This document shows, one piece after another, positions 56,896-64,000 of a stretch of DNA of 64,000 nucleotides. The notes under the pieces were generated by a model. That model was given only the letters and a program-made list of their open reading frames with translations, made no database searches and was not told where the DNA came from. Numbering within the stretch: the stretch's first letter is position 1; each line of letters begins with the position of its first letter. The stretch is from Phycisphaeraceae bacterium. GTDB taxonomy: Bacteria > Planctomycetota > Phycisphaerae > Phycisphaerales > Phycisphaeraceae. The stretch covers positions 608,001 through 672,000 of the forward strand of contig OY771506.1 of NCBI GenBank assembly GCA_963674705.1, read 5' to 3'. Position numbers and translations under genes: made by a program.

Positions 56896-57159
56896 ATGGC
56901 ACAGCAGGCCATCGGAACGATCGAGACCATCGGCACCATCAGCGCGATCGAAGCGTTGGATGCTGCGATGAAAGCAGCCAACGTACAGTTTCTGCGCAAG
57001 GATAAACCCGGCAGCGGATTCATCGCAGTGACGATCACGGGCGACGTCGCCGCGGTGAAAGCAGCTGTCGACGCGGGCGCCGAAGCGGCGCGGCGTGTCG
57101 GGCAGGTCGTATCCGTCAATGTCATCCCCCGTCCGCACGACGACGTTTTGAAGATCTAA
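56896..57159 (+). CDS. BMC-H shell protein
   Basis: AIGTIET..DAAMKAANV..VIPRPH. Confidence 0.93.
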   Translation: MAQQAIGTIETIGTISAIEALDAAMKAANVQFLRKDKPGSGFIAVTITGDVAAVKAAVDAGAEAARRVGQVVSVNVIPRPHDDVLKI

Positions 57160-57263
57160 CCCCCCGGGAAGTTTTCCCTCATAAACGGGGTCAGACCCCG
57201 TTTAATGTGCGGAAGCTTCTCCGGAATAGGTGTCGGATACCTTTTTCTTTGAGGAGATTGCCC

Positions 57264-57611
57264 ATGTTCCTCGGACGCGTGAAGGGTCAGGTCGTTGCGA
57301 CCCTCAAAGACAAGTCGATGCGGGGCGCGAAGCTGCTGATCATCGAGCCGCTGAAGGTGGACTACGATCACGCCAAGCTCGCAGCCAACGGCAACGCGAG
57401 CGTCGGCCGTTTTGCAGTAACCGGTCGGGCCATCGTCGCGCTGGACATGATCGGCGCGGGTGAAGAGCAACTCGTGTTGATCACGCAAGGCTCCAGTGCC
57501 CGCCTGGCGGACAACTGCAAAGACATCCCCACCGATGCGGTCGTCGTCGGCATCGTCGATAGCGCGATGGTCGGCAAGGAGACGATCTACGAATCGTCTA
57601 AGAACAAGTAA
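57264..57611 (+). CDS. BMC-P vertex protein (EutN/CcmL)
   Basis: MFLGRVKGQVVATLK..GAGEEQLVL..GSSAR..DAVVVGIVD. Confidence 0.93.
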   Translation: MFLGRVKGQVVATLKDKSMRGAKLLIIEPLKVDYDHAKLAANGNASVGRFAVTGRAIVALDMIGAGEEQLVLITQGSSARLADNCKDIPTDAVVVGIVDSAMVGKETIYESSKNK

Positions 57612-57654
57612 AACCCAAAAGGGGGATAAGCCCCTTTTACATGGTTGAAGTGAT

Positions 57655-59094
57655 ATGCAACAGGAACTGATCGCCAACGTCGTGGAAGAAGTGCTCCGCC
57701 GAATGAACGCCCCCGGAAGTGTTCCAGGGAACGGGCGAGGTGGCTCACCCAATATCACTTCGAGTTCCCATGCCGTGCCGGCTTCGGGTTTATTCACCGA
57801 AGTCGAGCCTGCTGTGCTTGCGGCTGAACGCTCGCAGAAGCAACTGGTTCAAGCGGGCATGAACGTTCGCGCACAGATCTGTGATCTGTTCAAGAAGATC
57901 GCTGCAGACAATGCCGACGCCTGGGGCGCGTTTGAATTGAATGAAACCAAGGTCGGCAGACTTGATCACAAGATCGCCAAGCTTGGTCTGCTCGAAACTG
58001 TACCGGGTGTTGAATTCCTTAAAACACAGGCTTTCTCGGGCGATGATGGGATCGGTCTGGACGAAGCAGCACCATGGGGGGTTATTGGTGTCATTACGCC
58101 GGTGACGCACTCGATCCCCACCATGACAGCCAACGCGATCAGCATGATCGCTGCAGGCAACGCGATGGTAGTCAACGCACACCCGTCCGGTGCCAAGAGT
58201 GCCGCGCTTGCCGCGGAAACCTACAACAAGGCGATCAAGCAGAAGTTCGGGATCGATCCGCTGATCTGCATGATTAATCCGCCGACGTTACGCTCAGCAG
58301 AAGAAATCTTCCGCCACGAGCGCATCCCATTGCTCGTAGCGACCGGCGGCCCGGCCGTCGCGCGTGCCGCGATGAAGCAGCCCAAGCGTGCCATCGTTGC
58401 GGGCCCCGGCAACCCCCCGGTTGTTGTGGATGAAACCGCCGATCTTGATCGTGCCGCCGAATCCATCATCTTCGGCGCCGCGTTCGACAACAACCTGCTT
58501 TGCATCGGAGAAAAGGAAGTCTTTGTTGTCGAGAGCGTGTTCAACGACATGATGGCCGCGATGCGTCGGGCCGGCGCGATGGAACTGAACGCACAACAGA
58601 TAGCCAAACTCACGGAAGCGGCGCTTGAATGGCATAAAGATCACTGGGTAGCAAAGCGTGAATTCGTCGGCGCGGATACATCCGTACTCGCACAGGCAGC
58701 GGGCACGAGTTGCGGCAGTAAAGTCGACCTCTTGTTCGGCGAAACCGCACCGGACAACCCGTTCGTGCCGACCGAGCAGATGATGCCGTTCGTGCCGTTC
58801 GTGCGTGCACGCAACTTTGATCATGCTTTGGAAATGGCGATCGAAAACGAGCACGGCTTCGGGCATACTGCGATCATCCACTCCAACAACCTCGCCAACA
58901 TTACACGCATGGGTAAAGTGATGAACACCACCATCTTCGCCGCCAACGGTCCATCCACCGCGGGGCTCGGTGTTGAGGGCGAAGGTTACCCAAGCTTCTC
59001 GATCGCAACACCGAGCGGTGAAGGCATCACGACGCCGTTGACGTTCACGCGCTTCCGCCGCTGCTCGATCAGCCGATCGCTAAGGATCGTTTAG
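57655..59094 (+). CDS. CoA-acylating aldehyde dehydrogenase (PduP/EutE family)
   Basis: PWGVIGVITPVTH, ATGGPAV, AGPGNPPVVVDETAD and FDNNLLCIGEKE. Confidence 0.93.
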   Translation: MQQELIANVVEEVLRRMNAPGSVPGNGRGGSPNITSSSHAVPASGLFTEVEPAVLAAERSQKQLVQAGMNVRAQICDLFKKIAADNADAWGAFELNETKVGRLDHKIAKLGLLETVPGVEFLKTQAFSGDDGIGLDEAAPWGVIGVITPVTHSIPTMTANAISMIAAGNAMVVNAHPSGAKSAALAAETYNKAIKQKFGIDPLICMINPPTLRSAEEIFRHERIPLLVATGGPAVARAAMKQPKRAIVAGPGNPPVVVDETADLDRAAESIIFGAAFDNNLLCIGEKEVFVVESVFNDMMAAMRRAGAMELNAQQIAKLTEAALEWHKDHWVAKREFVGADTSVLAQAAGTSCGSKVDLLFGETAPDNPFVPTEQMMPFVPFVRARNFDHALEMAIENEHGFGHTAIIHSNNLANITRMGKVMNTTIFAANGPSTAGLGVEGEGYPSFSIATPSGEGITTPLTFTRFRRCSISRSLRIV

Positions 59095-59115
59095 TACCCG
59101 CACCCGGAGTCACCC

Positions 59116-59415
59116 GTGCAGCTTGCGATGATCAAAGGCAGAGCGACCTCAACGGTCAAGCACCCTTCGCTGGAAGGTTGCCGGATGCTGATCGCGCAGA
59201 TGCTGGATATTAAGCTCGAACCCACAGGCGACCCGGTACTGATCATCGACCGCCTAGGCGCAGGCCACGGCGACCTGGTGATGATTACCTCCGATGGTCT
59301 GGGCCTGCGTAATATGCTCAACGACAACACCAGCCCAGCACGCTGGTGGACCGTCGGGATCGTCGATAACGAAGGCGCACAGATGAGGCTCAACGGAGCT
59401 GCAACCAAAGCATGA
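59116..59415 (+). CDS. BMC-P vertex protein (EutN/CcmL)
   Basis: MQLAMIKGRATSTVKH..DRLGAGHGD..SDG..VGIVD. Confidence 0.9.
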   Translation: MQLAMIKGRATSTVKHPSLEGCRMLIAQMLDIKLEPTGDPVLIIDRLGAGHGDLVMITSDGLGLRNMLNDNTSPARWWTVGIVDNEGAQMRLNGAATKA

Positions 59416-60245
59416 GTCAGGTTGATCCACAACTCGTCAAGACGATCGCCGATCTCGTGATCGAGGCGCTATCCAGGCGCACGCAAGCCGCCGACATCAA
59501 GCCGCCAGCCGGGTTGTGCACAGCGGGCGGCGATTCCGGGCCAAGCGATAACACACCGACAATCAAGCCCGTCACGACTTCCACGCCTTACGAGCCACGT
59601 AACATTATCCCCGCTACCGATCGGCCGATGCTGCACGGCATCGTAACTTCGCATCGCCTTGAAGATGCGATCGCTTCTTCGCCGGATAAGGTCGTGAACC
59701 TGGCGATGGATGCACGCCTGACACCGCTAGCTCAAGACATAGTGCGGGCAAATCCAAACGTTGTGCGTCGCGAAAACATCAACGAAAACGACGCCACACT
59801 CAAGCAGCTAAATCACGGCCGGGCGTGGTGCTGGTGGACGTGTTGCAGTTGTGATGCGATACAGCGCACAGTCAGCGAACGTGCGAGCATGCTTGTGCCT
59901 TTGGCAGTGCCGAGGAATTCGAACGCGATCGCCGAGGCGGTGATGGATGCCGACGCGATGATCCGAAGCGGGCGTGTCGCCGGGGCAATCCTCTTTGTCA
60001 GGCAAGCCGCGCGACCGATGTGTTTGGCGAACCGCCGCCGATCCATGCGGGCTGTGCTCGGTTACTGCGACGAGACCGTGATGCACGGCATTCATGCGAT
60101 CGGCGCAAACACGCTGATCCTTGAATTCCCCTATGTGAACTACGAACAGATGTCCACACGTGTCGACATGATGATGCGGTCCGAAGCGAAGCCGCCGATG
60201 GAAATGAAACGTTTCCTGGCGAACGTGGAGGGGCCGGGCTACTGA
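59412..60245 (+). CDS. PVM-associated hypothetical protein (RpiB-like C-terminus)
   Basis: N-terminal amphipathic helix, LTPLAQD, and CLANR..MRAV..IGANTL. Confidence 0.7.
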   Translation: MSQVDPQLVKTIADLVIEALSRRTQAADIKPPAGLCTAGGDSGPSDNTPTIKPVTTSTPYEPRNIIPATDRPMLHGIVTSHRLEDAIASSPDKVVNLAMDARLTPLAQDIVRANPNVVRRENINENDATLKQLNHGRAWCWWTCCSCDAIQRTVSERASMLVPLAVPRNSNAIAEAVMDADAMIRSGRVAGAILFVRQAARPMCLANRRRSMRAVLGYCDETVMHGIHAIGANTLILEFPYVNYEQMSTRVDMMMRSEAKPPMEMKRFLANVEGPGY

Positions 60246-60256
60246 CCCGCACTATT

Positions 60257-60559
60257 ATGCGAATTGCCACCGTCATAGGTCGAGTTGTGTTGAACCAGAA
60301 GCTGCCTTCGCTGGTTGCGGGGCAGTTATTGCTGGTTGAGGTATTGGATGCGACGGGCTTGAAGGACGGCGCGAAGAAAGTGTGTCGTGCGAGCGCGTCG
60401 CCACAGTCGCTGGTTGTATTTGATTCGTTAGGTGCGACAGTCGGACAGTTGATCGCCGTCAGTGAAGGTCGCGAAGCAGCGGCGCCGTTTCATCCAAAGC
60501 CCGTCCCGGTCGATGCGTATTGCGCCGCGATCCTCGACCAGGTTGAATGGAAAGACTAG
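60257..60559 (+). CDS. BMC-P vertex protein (EutN/CcmL)
   Basis: MRIATVIGRVVL..SEGREAAAPF..PVDAYCAAILD. Confidence 0.9.
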   Translation: MRIATVIGRVVLNQKLPSLVAGQLLLVEVLDATGLKDGAKKVCRASASPQSLVVFDSLGATVGQLIAVSEGREAAAPFHPKPVPVDAYCAAILDQVEWKD

Positions 60560-60623
60560 CAATTAACCCTCGGCCCACGGCTCTGCCGGGGGATTAATAG
60601 ACGGGGGTGTATTGGAGATAACC

Positions 60624-61490
60624 ATGAACCAGCAGATCTGGAAAATCAAGAAAGACATGTGCGACATCGGCCAACGTATCTGGCAGCGCGGGTATTGTGC
60701 CGGTAATGAAGGCAATCACTCGGTGCGCATCGGTGAGAACCGCGTGATCTGCACGCCGACCGGCATCAGCAAGGGTTTTCTTGAACCGACCGACCTGTGT
60801 GTCGTCGATATGGAAGGTAAGCAGGTTGAACCTAATCCCAAAGGCCGAAAACGCACCAGCGAAGTGCTCGTGCATCTGGCGATCTACAAGAAGTTCTCCG
60901 ATGTCGGCGCGGTGATCCACTCGCATCCACCGCATGCTGTCGCGTTCTGTCTGGCGAACATCCCGCTGCCCGAAGGCATCCACCCCGAGGCGGAAGTGTT
61001 CCTCGGCAAAACTGTCTTCGCCAACTACGCCACGCCCGGCGGGCCCGACCTGCCGCAGAGCTTCATGGATAAACTAACCCCGCTGACCAACACGATCCTG
61101 ATGGCCAACCACGGCTCGATCAGTATCGGTGAAGACCTGACGCAAGCCTATTACCGCCTGGAAATCCTAGACAACTACTGCAAGCAACTGCTGCTCGCCC
61201 GTCAGCTCGGTAAGGTCAACGTGCTGGACACCAACCAGATGATCGACCTGCTCAAGGTTAAAGAAAGCTTCGGTTTCAAGGACGACCGCCTGCAATGCGC
61301 GCCTACCGGCTGTATCGGCACGGAGAACGATCAGTTCCTGACAAATTTTGGTGTCCAGCCTATGAGCGCATCGTGCTCGTGTGATGGCGGTAATGTAGCA
61401 TTTAAATCGGCGGCCGGTAACAGTGAGGCGTTTGAGCGGATGGTTCAGGCTATCACCGATCAGATCATGGCCGCCGCCGGTCGGAACTAA
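60624..61490 (+). CDS. Class II aldolase (fuculose/rhamnulose-1-phosphate aldolase-like)
   Basis: EGNHS, TPTGISKG, TSE..VH, HSHPPH and ANHG. Confidence 0.92.
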   Translation: MNQQIWKIKKDMCDIGQRIWQRGYCAGNEGNHSVRIGENRVICTPTGISKGFLEPTDLCVVDMEGKQVEPNPKGRKRTSEVLVHLAIYKKFSDVGAVIHSHPPHAVAFCLANIPLPEGIHPEAEVFLGKTVFANYATPGGPDLPQSFMDKLTPLTNTILMANHGSISIGEDLTQAYYRLEILDNYCKQLLLARQLGKVNVLDTNQMIDLLKVKESFGFKDDRLQCAPTGCIGTENDQFLTNFGVQPMSASCSCDGGNVAFKSAAGNSEAFERMVQAITDQIMAAAGRN

Positions 61491-61530
61491 TTGACTTCGT
61501 AAAAGTCGTCTGTGTGATGGAGCACCGTGT

Positions 61531-62292
61531 TTGCTGATCGTTGAACGACAAAACCGATTGCTGGAAATCCTCAAGCAGAAGCACGCCGCGGAATTGGCGG
61601 ATCTGTGCGAAGCGTTGTCGGTCAGCATGTCCACCGTCCGGCGCGACCTGGACACGCTCGAAGACAAGGGCGCGATCAAGCGCACGCACGGCGGCGCGAT
61701 CTACCTTGGGCAGACCGAAGCAAAACCCACACCGACCAACGCGCTTGCCAGCCGGATGCTGGAGAACATTGAGGCCAAACAAGCGATCGGTCGATACGCC
61801 GCATCACTCGTGCAGCCGCACATGACACTGCTGATGGACGCCGGCTCGACCGTCATCTATGCAGCCAAGGCCATCAATGCCAGGCCGATCCAGGTCGTGA
61901 CCAATTCCCTGTCGATCGCAAGCCACTACGCGGAAGATGAGAAGGTCGAACTCACACTCATCGGCGGTAACCTGTATCCACGCACCGGCGCACTCGTCGG
62001 CACGCTGGCCCGTCAATGCCTGCGCGAACTGCACGCCGACCTTTGCTTCTTCTCGCTGGCGGGTATCGATCAGCAGGCCGCCTACAACATCAATCTCGAG
62101 ATGGCGCGCGTCGAGCAGATGATGATGCAGCAGGCCGACCGCACACTGATGCTGATGGACGCCACCAAGTTTGGCCGCAAGTCATTAGTCAGGGTCTGCA
62201 ATAATGCAGAAGTGGACCAGATCGTGACCGATCAATCAGTCGCGGAAGATTGGCGCAGCGCGTTGGGTGATAGGCTGGCGATCGCTGAATAA
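61531..62292 (+). CDS. DeoR/GlpR family regulator
   Basis: VSMSTVRRDL..RTHGGA, DAGSTV, VVTNSL and DATKFG. Confidence 0.93.
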   Translation: MLIVERQNRLLEILKQKHAAELADLCEALSVSMSTVRRDLDTLEDKGAIKRTHGGAIYLGQTEAKPTPTNALASRMLENIEAKQAIGRYAASLVQPHMTLLMDAGSTVIYAAKAINARPIQVVTNSLSIASHYAEDEKVELTLIGGNLYPRTGALVGTLARQCLRELHADLCFFSLAGIDQQAAYNINLEMARVEQMMMQQADRTLMLMDATKFGRKSLVRVCNNAEVDQIVTDQSVAEDWRSALGDRLAIAE

Positions 62293-62302
62293 TCCCTGGT
62301 TC

Positions 62303-63436
62303 TCAAATCTTCACAAACACCTTCCGCCGATACAGCCAGACGCACAGCAGCCAGAGCAGCAGCCAGACCACTAGTGCATTGGCCAGTATTGCGAGTTGCT
62401 CATTCACGCCTGCCATCGTCAGCCAACCGACCACGAAGATCCCCACCTTCGGGTTCAGCCAGCTATAGGTAAATGACTCGGCGATCATGTAGATCAGGAT
62501 CGAGTTCATCCCCACCACCGCAACGATCCACCCGCCGAAGCGGAAGCCGATTCCATCAATCAGGCTGTAGAACGCAGCCAACGCCAACAAACACCATCCG
62601 CCGGAGATAAGCACAAACGGCCCCGTGCATGTACGCTTGATGATCGGCGCATACCCGATCGCTTCCAGGCCATAGCCGGCGCCGATAGCGACCAGGCCGA
62701 ACAACGTGATCCAAAGCACGCCGCGCAATGGGTCTTTCGAGCGTACAATCGCCCGACCGGCGAGCACACCCCAGATTGTGTGGGCTGCGGACGGGATCGC
62801 GTTGAACGCCACCCAGTTATCGCTGTTCAAATGCCCCATCAGCAGCATGTCGATATACGAACCGAAGTTCTCACCGGGCGTAAAAGGCTGATCGTAAGGC
62901 GCGATCAAGATAAACCGGTACGCCGCATCCGACGCCCCGATCAACGCAAGTGAAATCAATAGCTGCACCCAGAACGGCAGTTCCATGATCAAAAACGCGA
63001 TGAGGATTGTCACCGACAACTGCGTCAGCACGTTCCATAATTCAAACACCAGTTTTCCCGCATAGATGCAGTGCAAACCCGTACCCAACAGGAACAGGAT
63101 GAAACACCGCACGAGGATGTGGGCAAAACGATCCGGCCACTTCTGGCCTTGTGCCGCACGCTTGCGCATCGAAAACACCATCGACACACCCACGATAAAC
63201 ATGAACGCCGGCTGCACCAGGTCCCAGAAGCGCAAACCGTCCCACGCCGGATGCATGCACTGCTCTGCGATTACGCGCGCCCAGTGTGGCCCCAACTCAT
63301 ACAACGCGACGTACACCCCCGCCCCTTCCGCGATCAGCAATGTCATTACCAATCCACGATAAACATCCAGCGAAAACAACCGCTTATCTTTTACGACTTC
63401 AGTACCCGGCTGTTTTTCGCTGAGTGTTTCTGACAT
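62303..63436 (-). CDS. DUF5009 / HGSNAT-like membrane acyltransferase
   Basis: RLFSLDVYRG, HPAWDGLRFWDLVQPAFMFIVG and GMNSILIY. Confidence 0.82.
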   Translation of the reverse strand: MSETLSEKQPGTEVVKDKRLFSLDVYRGLVMTLLIAEGAGVYVALYELGPHWARVIAEQCMHPAWDGLRFWDLVQPAFMFIVGVSMVFSMRKRAAQGQKWPDRFAHILVRCFILFLLGTGLHCIYAGKLVFELWNVLTQLSVTILIAFLIMELPFWVQLLISLALIGASDAAYRFILIAPYDQPFTPGENFGSYIDMLLMGHLNSDNWVAFNAIPSAAHTIWGVLAGRAIVRSKDPLRGVLWITLFGLVAIGAGYGLEAIGYAPIIKRTCTGPFVLISGGWCLLALAAFYSLIDGIGFRFGGWIVAVVGMNSILIYMIAESFTYSWLNPKVGIFVVGWLTMAGVNEQLAILANALVVWLLLWLLCVWLYRRKVFVKI

Positions 63437-63800
63437 CAACAAACCCCTGTCCTGTTTAGCGGGCGATCAACGATCACCAAAACTATAGAAGTGCATCACC
63501 AAGGCGATTATAACAAACGGGGATGGAATCGATGGTCACGAACCCAGCCCCGTTCGGGATAGCACTTATCAAGAACAAGTAACACGCGACCCCGGTCAAT
63601 ACCGCAATCATTCCTTAGAGTGTGTGTAAGAAGTCGGCTCTACCCCCTCTCCCCCCGGGAGAGGGTCGGGGTGAGGGCCGACAACCTTAAGCGAATATTC
63701 TCAATAAGAACACGTAATCAACCCGGCCCTCATCCCAACCTTCTCCCTGGGGAGAAGGGGCCGGACCGCTCGTTTATTGCAAAGGTTTTCACACCGATTT

Positions 63801-64000
63801 TCAACGATGCGCCCGGCGCTTATTCGTAATCAGACAAGCCGCCGACAACAGCATGATGGTGCCGGGCTCCGGGATCGTGTTTATATTTTCGCTGATTGGC
63901 GGCGTCCCGGCGTTCCAGTTATTCAGGACGACATCCAGATCATCCAGGCCGATATAGCCGTCCGGGACACCGGAGGGACCGGAGACGTCCGCACGTTCAT
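63801..64000 (-). CDS. 3' end of a dockerin-like repeat / PEP-CTERM protein (partial)
   Basis: Manual translation: ...DGYIGLDDLDVVLNNWNAGTPPISENINTIPEPGTIMLLSAACLITNKRRAHR*. Confidence 0.85.
   Translation of the reverse strand, partial: ERADVSGPSGVPDGYIGLDDLDVVLNNWNAGTPPISENINTIPEPGTIMLLSAACLITNKRRAHR

Overview
Planctomycete-like DNA (Phycisphaerae-like, inferred from PEP-CTERM/dockerin proteins, a DUF1559-type prepilin and a PVM microcompartment). Layout: (1) 1-13.7 kb: catabolic genes, rhaA-rhaB, a LarA-family racemase and two tandem PEP-CTERM paralogs. (2) 14.4-27.2 kb: a minus-strand array of 31 tRNA genes plus one anticodon-arm-less tRNA-like RNA, read by eye. Anticodons cover all 20 amino acids, none encodes CCA, and many have non-canonical anticodon loops or identity bases. 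It has one clear sigma70-like promoter, a structured leader and a boxB/boxA-like signal. It carries four antisense single-gene cassettes and four sense-strand genes sharing the same SD spacing. Three of the sense genes cannot be translated normally: a SEC-C zinc-finger gene that appears to need up to three +1 shifts at UUU-Y codons (two in the identical CGC-TTT-TAA context), an Arg-rich gene with no stop before the next tRNA, and a gene with GTA at the start position. The array also encodes a tRNA-Phe with G37/C38. My leading hypothesis is a translation-stress module whose cargo is gated by translational infidelity; decay or sequencing error remain alternatives. (3) 27.4-50.7 kb: a VWA/AAA pair, an MFS-spermidine synthase fusion and a glycan locus (GH38, GH99/71-like x2, GH65, beta-PGM) with a repeated TAGCA-N4-TGCTA operator. 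(4) 50.7-62.3 kb: a PVM-type microcompartment locus with a divergent PduS/PduT-like unit. Several families of short palindromic repeats fill the intergenic spaces. All calls are from manual reading; no searches were run.
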